From IMG/VR virus record IMGVR_UViG_3300032335_000855, positions 1-31,388 of that record: a stretch of 31,388 bases of DNA, one strand, 5' to 3'. Made by a program: the position numbers and the translations under genes. Below the pieces are notes generated by a model. That model had not been told where the DNA came from and ran no database searches. It saw nothing but the letters and a program-made list of their open reading frames with translations. Source of the stretch: a virus. Its lineage: Duplodnaviria > Caudoviricetes. Shown here in pieces: positions 16,112-24,252 of the stretch (the first letter of the stretch is position 1; each line of letters opens with the position of its first letter).

Positions 16112-18303
16112 TATGCCGGTGTCCAAACAGCGCCATTGGCACGCTCATAACGCTTGATCTCATCAATAATCGACTGAGCCACGCTCTTGCCATCAGTACC
16201 CATGCCAGCGTTTACAGTAATGTTGATGCCAGCCTTAGTAGTCAAGAAACTCTGACCCATCGAGTCGCGGCGAATAAACGCATCCTGGCTATTCTTGAAA
16301 CCAAGTTGCGCCAACTGAGATGCCATGCCACCGCTCAACGGTGTAACAGTCGAACTCATAGGCACATTGACCGTTGGCGGCTGAATCTTAGCCAACTGCT
16401 CAGCCATGCCCACCGAAAGCCCGGTAGTAAATGTTGAAGTAAACGCATCAGCCAACGCCTGAGCCGCTTTCACCAGCGCAGAATCCTGATCCATCAACCC
16501 AGCAATAAAGCCGTTGCTAATGATCTCCTCACCGACCGAGTACATGATGTCGGTAGATGCCGATGCGATACCCTCAGCCGCATTATTCAGCTCTTTGAAA
16601 AGCCCATTCAACTCACTAATCGCAGAATCGCCACCCTCAACAATCGCCTGAGCAGTCTGCCCACCAGCCTCAAGGCCAGCACCCAAAATCTGAGCAAACA
16701 AATTCTTATCAAGCCCGGCTTTCTTGAGCGCCAAAAGATTCTTACCAAAAGCAACAGTCTTATCAATGATGCTACGGAAACCGCTAGTAATCTCAGCCGA
16801 AGTAGCACCCAAGTCGCTAATGCTCACATAGTCGCGAACCGTAGAAACCAAGTTTTTAGCAATGTCTATTTTCTTAGCAATGGCATCACGCTTAGCTGCA
16901 ATCTCATTCAGCACCTTAGCCTCACGCGCCGCATACTTCACCAGCGCATCATAAGTCGCAGCCGAAACCAACCCAGACTTCAGCGCCTCAGCAACCTTTT
17001 CTTGCACCTGAGTAAACGCATCGACCGATGCTTGCTCAAACTCGCCCACAATGCGCGTAGCGGTTTCCAACGGCCTAACACCCGACAAAACCTCACCCAT
17101 CGAGGCTTTGAATTCCTGCATACTTGCAGCCAGTTTCTGATACGCAGCCATAGCCGTAGCAGCGGCCTTAGCAGCCGAATCAGCGGCTTTTTGCGCCGGT
17201 GTTTTGCCCTTAGTTTCAGTTGGATCAGGCGGCGGTGTAATCAGGCTCGGATCGAAAGTATTTAGGTTGCTAACGCTAGTATCAAGCTCTTTTACATTCT
17301 CACCGATGTTGCCAATCATCTTGTCTAGTACAACGAAAGTACCGATACCTGCAGCCACCGCCGCAGCCGCAGCCGCGATCGCAGCCCAACCCTTAGCAGA
17401 CTCAGCACCTTTCATCGCCAGCGTAGTAAGAGCGGCCGCCTTTTGAGCGCCGTAAATGGCCTTAGTGACCAAGAAAATGTTTTTCCAAACCTTATACATC
17501 ACCAGCAAACCGGCAACAGTTTTCACCAGCCAAGTGTTGTCTAGCAAGAAACTAACCATGTTGCCAACGGCGATAACAATCGAACCAAAAGTTTTGGCGA
17601 TGGCCTGAAGTTTCTCTTGACCTGGCGGCGATGCCAACCACTTAGCGAAATCTTGCAGATACGGCAAAAGATAAGTACCAATGGCCTCTTGCAAATTGCC
17701 AAAGATAAGTTGCATACGCTGATACGGATCAAGATTGGCGGCCTCAGCTGCAGCACCAGCAAACTTTTCTTGCAAGAAACCAAACTTGTCTGTCGCATTA
17801 GCGATACCAGGCACTAAACGATTTAGGGCCGTACCTTGCCCTGCATACGCTTTAGCCAACGCAGCCGAAACCGTACTAACATCTTTACCAGTACCGGCAG
17901 CCACATCAAGCGCCAACTCCATCAACCCAGTCGCCTGAGTCACATCACCAGTAGCGCGAACCAAAGCAGCGAAAGCTGGGCGAATAACATCATCGGGAAT
18001 CGATGCCATCAACTCCATCTTGGAAATCGACTTTTCGACCGCCGAAATCTGAGCATCAGTCGCGCTTACGGTGTTACGCAGCGCGAGAGCCAACAAACCC
18101 TGCGACTTAGCATCTTCAGCCGCCGCTTTACCAGCACGATTCAACTGATTGACTAGCGCGCCAATACCAACGGTGAGGCCAACAGCGCCCAGCGTTTTCT
18201 TCATAGTCGAGCCAAGAGAACCCATGCTCTTTTGAGCCTCTTTAAAGCCCTTATCGTCAAATACCGCCTTTAACGGTATGTACAATCCACCAGCAGCCAT
18301 CAA
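16111..18303 (-). CDS. tape measure protein
   Basis: 730 aa Ala-rich helical protein, INITVNAG C-terminus, position. Confidence 0.9.
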   Translation of the reverse strand: MMAAGGLYIPLKAVFDDKGFKEAQKSMGSLGSTMKKTLGAVGLTVGIGALVNQLNRAGKAAAEDAKSQGLLALALRNTVSATDAQISAVEKSISKMELMASIPDDVIRPAFAALVRATGDVTQATGLMELALDVAAGTGKDVSTVSAALAKAYAGQGTALNRLVPGIANATDKFGFLQEKFAGAAAEAANLDPYQRMQLIFGNLQEAIGTYLLPYLQDFAKWLASPPGQEKLQAIAKTFGSIVIAVGNMVSFLLDNTWLVKTVAGLLVMYKVWKNIFLVTKAIYGAQKAAALTTLAMKGAESAKGWAAIAAAAAAVAAGIGTFVVLDKMIGNIGENVKELDTSVSNLNTFDPSLITPPPDPTETKGKTPAQKAADSAAKAAATAMAAYQKLAASMQEFKASMGEVLSGVRPLETATRIVGEFEQASVDAFTQVQEKVAEALKSGLVSAATYDALVKYAAREAKVLNEIAAKRDAIAKKIDIAKNLVSTVRDYVSISDLGATSAEITSGFRSIIDKTVAFGKNLLALKKAGLDKNLFAQILGAGLEAGGQTAQAIVEGGDSAISELNGLFKELNNAAEGIASASTDIMYSVGEEIISNGFIAGLMDQDSALVKAAQALADAFTSTFTTGLSVGMAEQLAKIQPPTVNVPMSSTVTPLSGGMASQLAQLGFKNSQDAFIRRDSMGQSFLTTKAGINITVNAGMGTDGKSVAQSIIDEIKRYERANGAVWTPA

Positions 18304-18935
18304 AAGCCTCTCATGTTGAATCGGCGCATCGCATCTTTCAGCACGCGATCAGTATCAGCAGTCAATTTAGGCAAACTAGCCTCAGCAGCCCGGTAAACAA
18401 TACGCGAGGGCCTGTTACCAATCTCGCGGTTTAGGCTCGCAATAAAAGTTTCACCCTTTTTGATGTTGGCATTACGGCGGCGCGTAGTCGGGCTGGCATT
18501 ATCGTTACGGCGACCCTTACCAATGTTTGCGCCCGAGCGCCCAGCCATGTCCATAATGATGACCGCCGGCGACCAAACCTTTACACGCAAAAGCGTAGTT
18601 GTTAGCGAACGGCCACCCATCGAAGTACGAAACTGAGTTGTTACCTTATTAGCGGCCACGCCATTATTCCAACCCAAACGCCCACGATCCGAGAGAAAAC
18701 CCGACAACGGCTCAATCGTGTTGATTGCCGACCTTATGTCGCTCTCAAGAGGCTTACCAATGTCTTTTATATCGCGCAGAAACTCGCGCCTAAAATTAGG
18801 GCCAGCCTCTTTCATTCGGCGCTGCAGCTCGCGCACATCCAAAACACTTACATCGTTAGCGCCAACATTCACGCCACCCCTATTGCTTAGGCGGCCAGTA
18901 AATTTGGCGATAGTAAGTGTGATTGGCTCAGGCAT
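18300..18935 (-). CDS. HK97 gp10-like tail completion/neck protein
   Basis: Basic protein with VRELQRRMK...IMDMAG; position in the tail module. Confidence 0.55.
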   Translation of the reverse strand: MPEPITLTIAKFTGRLSNRGGVNVGANDVSVLDVRELQRRMKEAGPNFRREFLRDIKDIGKPLESDIRSAINTIEPLSGFLSDRGRLGWNNGVAANKVTTQFRTSMGGRSLTTTLLRVKVWSPAVIIMDMAGRSGANIGKGRRNDNASPTTRRRNANIKKGETFIASLNREIGNRPSRIVYRAAEASLPKLTADTDRVLKDAMRRFNMRGF

Positions 18936-18942
18936 AACATCA

Positions 18943-18952
18943 ATTCTACCGC
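18943..18952 (-). promoter_or_regulatory. putative -10 element for a leaderless transcript
   Basis: GCGG-TAGAAT 7 nt before ATG 18935, no RBS; similar GCGG-TAAAAT near 21838-21847. Confidence 0.5.
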
Positions 18953-18991
18953 CGCCGTTACCAAACCGTTATGAAACGCAGCCGCCAAAAC

Positions 18992-19020
18992 TAGACAACC
19001 GCCACGCAAAACGACATACT
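18992..19020 (+). promoter_or_regulatory. sigma70-type promoter of the inverted cassette
   Basis: TAGACA-N17-CATACT, then AGAAAGATAGGG RBS. Confidence 0.6.
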
Positions 19021-19059
19021 TTTACTACCAGGCAACCGCCGGTAGAAAGATAGGGAATC

Positions 19060-19344
19060 ATGACTACAGCAACACTCACCGCCATCGCGAACCTAAAAGC
19101 TCACCTGGCACAAATCGAAAGCACACGCGCCACAACCAAATGCTGCATCTGGTGCGGTTACGGCGATCACTACACCGATGAGGTATTTACCAAAGATGGC
19201 GCATCAGTCGCCCATTGCTCAAAGGGTTGCGAGCATGATGCAACCGGGTACACCAGCGCCGATACTCACGAACCTGATGGCGACTACCGCCATGTGCGCG
19301 GCGAGTGCGAACTATTTGGCTGCAGCAACACCGAGTTGGCATAA
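19060..19344 (+). CDS. Cys/His-rich hypothetical protein
   Basis: CCIWC, CSKGC, CELFGC; clear promoter and RBS. Confidence 0.7.
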   Translation: MTTATLTAIANLKAHLAQIESTRATTKCCIWCGYGDHYTDEVFTKDGASVAHCSKGCEHDATGYTSADTHEPDGDYRHVRGECELFGCSNTELA

Positions 19345-19346
19345 TC

Positions 19347-19892
19347 ATGGGCATGATGAAATACATCGAAACCACGCTAGGCCAACCGCACATCTACAAC
19401 TACGGCGAATCGCAGGGTTTCTTTCTATACAACCCGGTCAAACCATTCAAAGATGATCATGGCCTAGTAGTCGCACAAACCATCTACCTCGAAGATGATG
19501 GCGACCTAACCATAAACAACTACTACTCGCGCGCATGGGCCTACTGGAACTTTATCGATGGCACACACTTTGAACTTACAGAGGCCGATGAGCTGATGCG
19601 CCTCGAGGCCAGCATGATGCCCGACGGATTAGTAGACGGCAAAATTAGCCAGGCTGAGCGCGTACTCATGTGGCTCGATCATGGGCTGATACCGATCGAG
19701 TCAGAGTTTTGGCAACGCCTAGTTGTATCACTCGCATACAACGCAATTACCGATTCAGAGTTTCTATCTGATCTGGCTGAAAACACCTGGTACGGTGTCG
19801 AGGCAGTCCAGGCGATGCTAGACAAAGCTGCCGGCGAGGTACTAAAACACCCCAACTTCAAACTCGCAGGTTTCGAGCAACTTACCCCCTAA
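19347..19892 (+). CDS. acidic hypothetical protein
   Basis: About 181 aa, follows previous stop, ends before terminator. Confidence 0.7.
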   Translation: MGMMKYIETTLGQPHIYNYGESQGFFLYNPVKPFKDDHGLVVAQTIYLEDDGDLTINNYYSRAWAYWNFIDGTHFELTEADELMRLEASMMPDGLVDGKISQAERVLMWLDHGLIPIESEFWQRLVVSLAYNAITDSEFLSDLAENTWYGVEAVQAMLDKAAGEVLKHPNFKLAGFEQLTP

Positions 19893-19900
19893 GTAGCCGA

Positions 19901-19939
19901 AAATAAGAAAGCCCTAGATCAAGTGTCTAGGGCTTTCTT
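19901..19939. terminator. bidirectional terminator
   Basis: AAGAAAGCCCTAGA-N7-TCTAGGGCTTTCTT perfect inverted repeat between convergent genes. Confidence 0.8.
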
Positions 19940-20097
19940 CATGCCTGGCTATTGTTGCGAGAAAGCAAAACTCGCTGCATAGTGAACAGCATTCGCGGCG
20001 ACTCATTCATCAACACACTAGGTGCAATGCCTAACTCCACCGCCAGTTGAGCAATAGTCCAATGTGCAGACTCATCGCCCAACGGCACTATTTTGGG
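19939..20097 (-). CDS. -1 frameshift extension of tail assembly chaperone (gpGT-like)
   Basis: C CCA AAA slippery site 20091-20097; open -1 frame KIVPLGDESAHWTIAQLAVELGIAP...SQA*. Confidence 0.75.
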   Translation of the reverse strand, partial: PKIVPLGDESAHWTIAQLAVELGIAPSVLMNESPRMLFTMQRVLLSRNNSQA

Positions 20098-20342
20098 TCG
20101 GCCTCACTCGCCGTAACCAACGAAACCGTATCAATGAAATCATCAAACGGCTTATCAGTCAGTTTCTGGCGGTGCAACGCAGCCCACGCGAGAAACACAA
20201 TGTAAGTCAGTTTCTGCTCTTTCTCAAGAGCCGAAATAGAAATAGAAAACTTTTCCTCGAACTTCAGCATGTCGGGCATTTGAACCGATACCGGATCAAC
20301 TGTGCGACCATCCAAAAACTCAACGCGTAGATTTAGTTTCAT
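20088..20342 (-). CDS. tail assembly chaperone (gpG-like)
   Basis: After tail tube gene; ends DPK at slippery site. Confidence 0.8.
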   Translation of the reverse strand: MKLNLRVEFLDGRTVDPVSVQMPDMLKFEEKFSISISALEKEQKLTYIVFLAWAALHRQKLTDKPFDDFIDTVSLVTASEADPK

Positions 20343-20379
20343 TATGTCTTTCTTTGTTTAGTTGTTTGCAAAAACCTTA

Positions 20380-20787
20380 TTAGGCGGTTGCGCGAGTTAC
20401 AGTACCCGAAGTCGGGAAAGTAACTGAGAGTGTAGCTGCATCGCCGACGCTCGACGCGAAGGGCTGGTATTGACTCACCAAAATCGGGATTGTGTACGCG
20501 GGATTCTGCGAAGTCACAGTACCTGAAGTTGGCTTGATGACGACAGTACCAATGGTGTTAATCAGCGGCCAGAGAGTTTGGTCCACCGATCCGTTTGCGA
20601 AGTCCTGGAAGAAGTTAAGCTGCAATGAGCCTGATCTCAATCCACCAACCATAGTTTTCCAACCGCCACCAAAAGTGGTAGTTTCTACTTCATCGCTCTG
20701 AATGGTGAGGTTTACAGACTGAAGCGCATCGCTTAGTGCTGTGCCATTCAAAGTGATTGAATAGTCTGTAGCAACAAATTTAGGCAA
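20380..20787 (-). CDS. major tail (tube) protein
   Basis: VETTTFGGGWKT.VGGL.SGS...SVGD.AT.SVTFP. Confidence 0.85.
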   Translation of the reverse strand: MPKFVATDYSITLNGTALSDALQSVNLTIQSDEVETTTFGGGWKTMVGGLRSGSLQLNFFQDFANGSVDQTLWPLINTIGTVVIKPTSGTVTSQNPAYTIPILVSQYQPFASSVGDAATLSVTFPTSGTVTRATA

Positions 20788-20800
20788 TTTATTTCCTTTA

Positions 20801-21208
20801 CTAATCAGCCTGTACGGTTAGATCAAATTCTGCCGCCAGGTAAGTGTTGTCGCCGATACTTAGACTCCCATAATTGCGCATCTGAGTAACGACACAATCA
20901 AACGCTTTCCCACCCAATGTGCGATCACTTTCAACTGCACCTCTAATACTACTAGAACCGGTGCTAGAGCAGAAAGCATCCAACGCATTCTGCCCTGAGC
21001 GCGCATCAGCTCGGCCCACAACCAAAGTAACAACGAAGTTGTAAGTCGTCATGCCGTTACGCATGGCCATGTGATAAGTCATCGATGACGGTGCGACAAT
21101 CGCAAACGGTGGATTCGGATTCTCGGGAATAGTAGCGCCGGTACGCAAACCTGCAATCGTTGCCAGGTTAGTTGCGATGCCGGCGCGTAGATCACTAATG
21201 AGAGCCAT
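20801..21208 (-). CDS. tail terminator-like protein
   Basis: Size, position, PPFAIV...DRTLGG. Confidence 0.6.
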   Translation of the reverse strand: MALISDLRAGIATNLATIAGLRTGATIPENPNPPFAIVAPSSMTYHMAMRNGMTTYNFVVTLVVGRADARSGQNALDAFCSSTGSSSIRGAVESDRTLGGKAFDCVVTQMRNYGSLSIGDNTYLAAEFDLTVQAD

Positions 21209-21813
21209 TATGCGAGAAACCTTGCCAGGCGGTACGGCTCAACCAGTTGCTGCACATCAGGATCGAGTCGAGTACCAACGCGGATGTAACCCAAGTCTGG
21301 TGCGCTCAAAACACCTAACGGCGAATCGAGGCGCTTGAAGATTCGGCTGGCTTGAATAACGGTTGCTTGCTTTACGGCAGTCGGTACGGCAGACCAACCC
21401 CAAGTGCCTGTTACCTTTACGCTGGCCTCGCCAACATTCTGAGCAAACACATAATCGCCAACGGCCCTGATGCGAGTGCGCGGCCAACCAGTCAAACCAT
21501 CGGCGCGACCATTCAACGGCTCAAGCTGGTAATCGGTAGCAGTCCAAGTCTGGTCAAACACGCCATCGAGATCGGCAGACACCTCAAGCGTTGTGAGCGT
21601 AATCAAGTCATCGATCTCGCAAACAATCATGTCGTCAGGTGTGAAGTATCGGGTTGCCGTACCATTCGGGTAAAAGTTGCGACCGGCGAAACCATCGACC
21701 AGGCGCGATGCCGATTCGATAGCCGTTTCCAGCAAACTATCATCGAGAGAATCTTGAATCCTGAGTGCGGCTTTCACCTCTGAAAGTGAGGCATAACCAT
21801 TTGTAATAGCCAA
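21208..21813 (-). CDS. head-tail adaptor (gp6/gp15-like)
   Basis: YASLSEVKAALRI..D...ASRLVD...GWSAVP.AVKQA. Confidence 0.8.
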   Translation of the reverse strand: MAITNGYASLSEVKAALRIQDSLDDSLLETAIESASRLVDGFAGRNFYPNGTATRYFTPDDMIVCEIDDLITLTTLEVSADLDGVFDQTWTATDYQLEPLNGRADGLTGWPRTRIRAVGDYVFAQNVGEASVKVTGTWGWSAVPTAVKQATVIQASRIFKRLDSPLGVLSAPDLGYIRVGTRLDPDVQQLVEPYRLARFLA

Positions 21814-21840
21814 AATGACTCCTAAAGTATTGTTTCTATT

Positions 21841-22260
21841 TTACCGCTTAGATAGTCGATGCTTGATGGCGGTAGTCGAGATGCCATCGGTATACGGAAT
21901 GTAAATCAAACCAATGCCGCGCTCATCCAACCAATCCTGATCGAAACCCATCTGGTAGTAGTAATCACGCCTAGCCCAGTCGCTGCCGATAATAATGTAG
22001 TCGGGTTTTACTTGCTCGATGGCAATGCGCGAATCTGCGCCACCAGCGTTAGGCACAACCTGGCTAACCCACTTACAACCCAACAGCACATCGCGACGCT
22101 CAGCGTAAGTCATCACCGGCGCTTTACCTTTGTACTCGACAATGAACTCATCCGTGTTTAGGGCCACAACCACCTCACCCAACTGAGCTGCGCGCCTAAG
22201 AAACGCCACATGCCCGGCATGAAATAGGTCAAAAGTGCCGCCTGTATAAATCAATCCCAT
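21841..22260 (-). CDS. cytidylyltransferase (TagD/glycerol-3-phosphate CT-like)
   Basis: GTFDLFHAGH, GSDW, YTDGISTT motifs. Confidence 0.9.
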   Translation of the reverse strand: MGLIYTGGTFDLFHAGHVAFLRRAAQLGEVVVALNTDEFIVEYKGKAPVMTYAERRDVLLGCKWVSQVVPNAGGADSRIAIEQVKPDYIIIGSDWARRDYYYQMGFDQDWLDERGIGLIYIPYTDGISTTAIKHRLSKR

Positions 22261-22898
22261 CGGTTTGCTCTCCTAGTTTGTAATGACCACAGAGATGCCT
22301 CTATACGGCCCTCAGCGGCTCTCTGAGCGTATAAACGCCCATTGTTGCTATAACTTACCGAATTGACGGCCTGAAAGCCGCTATGCAGCGTAGAACTGTT
22401 ATCGTGACCCATCTTGCAACCAATGCTTTTCTTAGGCACACCAGCCAAATCAACGCGACGCTCGAGATCATTATCATCAAAGTAAAGAGGGTAAAAATCC
22501 TCGCTATAAAGCCCGACTCGCTCAACCATGCCCTCACCGAAAACCACGCCCGACCATGCCGGGTAAATGTCGAGAAAATTGAGCGCCTGAGTATCGACCT
22601 GCTCGGGTATTAGCTGCATCTGGCCCGGCGGAAAATAGGCATCATCATTCACTAAAACCCAGTACGGCGCGTACGGTGTCGCTTTCACAATCAGATTCCA
22701 AGCGCCAACCAAACCCAAACCAAAGGGCACTTCAATGTGCCAAAGATTCTGCACCAAATCAGGTTTCTTAGGTTGCCAGGCTTTTGTGCCTGAATTGTTT
22801 ACGATCACCAAATGCTCAACCGGGTAATCGATGCTGGCCAGCAACCTCTCAGCCAAATCAAAACGCTTGAGAGTGCAAAAGCCAAGAACCGGAATCAT
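22251..22898 (-). CDS. GT2-family (GT-A) glycosyltransferase
   Basis: VIVNN, AWNLI, VNDDA, YFDDNDL; start MIPVLG by ATGA overlap. Confidence 0.75.
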   Translation of the reverse strand: MIPVLGFCTLKRFDLAERLLASIDYPVEHLVIVNNSGTKAWQPKKPDLVQNLWHIEVPFGLGLVGAWNLIVKATPYAPYWVLVNDDAYFPPGQMQLIPEQVDTQALNFLDIYPAWSGVVFGEGMVERVGLYSEDFYPLYFDDNDLERRVDLAGVPKKSIGCKMGHDNSSTLHSGFQAVNSVSYSNNGRLYAQRAAEGRIEASLWSLQTRRANRWD

Positions 22899-24076
22899 TT
22901 TAGAATTTGGGCCAACGCCGGCAACCAATACTCTTGCCACACATGCTCAGCACCATAACCCTTAGCAAACTCAATCGCCTTTTCAGACTTACCTCGAGGT
23001 CGTTCATACGCCTCATTCAAAGCTCTAACGGTTTGCGGAATGTTAGGCACGCTAAACCATGACCGCTGAGGCTCATCCCATAAGGGCTGGCACTCAACCA
23101 ACCAACCATCGCCGCACAACTCAGTACTCGCGCAAATGTCGCTTAATATCGTTGGCACTCCACATGCGGCGGCCTCGATAGACCCGACACCAAAACCCTC
23201 GCCATAGCTGATACCTAAATAAACATCCATCGCCGTATAAAACGCTGCCAGTTGCTCTTGCGAATAGCCATAACGGTAAGCGACCTGATCGCAGAAAATC
23301 ACCTGGTCTTTAGTCAAACCGCACGCAGTCAAAATGTGGTCAAGTTTCCAACCGCCGAAACTACCAAACATGTCGGTATGCAAATACAGCACCGCATTGG
23401 GCTTATCTTTCGCAAACAACGCAAAAGCTAGAAACGCCTCAGCGACCGCTTTACGATGAATCGCACCGCTGGCCTTATTAGCAAAATTCATCCCAACCAA
23501 GAAAGTGTCTGCATCGATGCCCATGTACTCGCGCGTAGGCACACCATCGACTTCATAAGTTGGCTGAAACACCGGCTCGACAGCATGAGGAATGTACAAA
23601 CTCTCAACGCCACGATTCTTGAGCTGCTCTTGACCCCAACGGCTCATCGCGATCGGTGTAACATTCGGCCGCTTGCACCATTCCAAAACCAACGGCGGTA
23701 TCGGGTTGTGATCGATAGGCACCCAACTAGCAATGTTTAGATCGGCATACTTATCGCCACGCATAATCCAAACATCATAAAGAGTGAAAAGCGCGTTAGG
23801 TTGCTTGCCCTTTTCTTTCTCTACATTGGCAACATGATGATTATGATTCAGCGGTGTAACATCCTGCGAATACGGCTCAGCGCCCCTAGCATACTCAGGC
23901 ACCTCACCGTACTTAGATTCCCAAGTGCCATTCACACCCTCGCGCCCATAGTTGCTCAAAACCGCAACATCGAGGCCATCGCGGATCATGCGATTCAAAA
24001 CCTGATTCGATTGCACGCCATACCCGGTTGGCGCAGTCGGTGAATTAGAAAACCAAGAAACCGTACCCTTTAGCAT
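22895..24076 (-). CDS. GT4-family (GT-B) glycosyltransferase
   Basis: TGYG, IPHAV, EGFGVGSIEAAACGVP (ExxxxxxxE). Confidence 0.85.
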   Translation of the reverse strand: MLKGTVSWFSNSPTAPTGYGVQSNQVLNRMIRDGLDVAVLSNYGREGVNGTWESKYGEVPEYARGAEPYSQDVTPLNHNHHVANVEKEKGKQPNALFTLYDVWIMRGDKYADLNIASWVPIDHNPIPPLVLEWCKRPNVTPIAMSRWGQEQLKNRGVESLYIPHAVEPVFQPTYEVDGVPTREYMGIDADTFLVGMNFANKASGAIHRKAVAEAFLAFALFAKDKPNAVLYLHTDMFGSFGGWKLDHILTACGLTKDQVIFCDQVAYRYGYSQEQLAAFYTAMDVYLGISYGEGFGVGSIEAAACGVPTILSDICASTELCGDGWLVECQPLWDEPQRSWFSVPNIPQTVRALNEAYERPRGKSEKAIEFAKGYGAEHVWQEYWLPALAQILK

Positions 24077-24107
24077 TTATGCCCTTTCGCGTAGATACCT
24101 AGATAAT

Positions 24108-24160
24108 AGCAAAACCCCGCCGGAAAGATAGGGGGAATCCGGCGAGGCTTTGACCTGAAA
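24108..24160 (-). ncRNA. candidate small RNA/terminator hairpin with anti-RBS loop
   Basis: CCUCGCCGGA-UUCCCCCUAUCUU-UCCGGCGGGG-UUUU; possible promoter TTGAAT-N17-AATACT just upstream. Confidence 0.45.
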
Positions 24161-24192
24161 AGTATTACACAGAAAAGCAACAAATTCAAGAT

Positions 24193-24235
24193 AAAAGAAA
24201 CGGCCCGGCAAATCCACGCGATGCCGAGCCGTTTC
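24193..24235 (-). terminator. intrinsic terminator after major capsid gene
   Basis: GAAACGGCUCGGCA/UGCCGGGCCGUUUC stem then UUUU. Confidence 0.8.
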
Positions 24236-24252
24236 AGTTTAGAACTTCGAGA

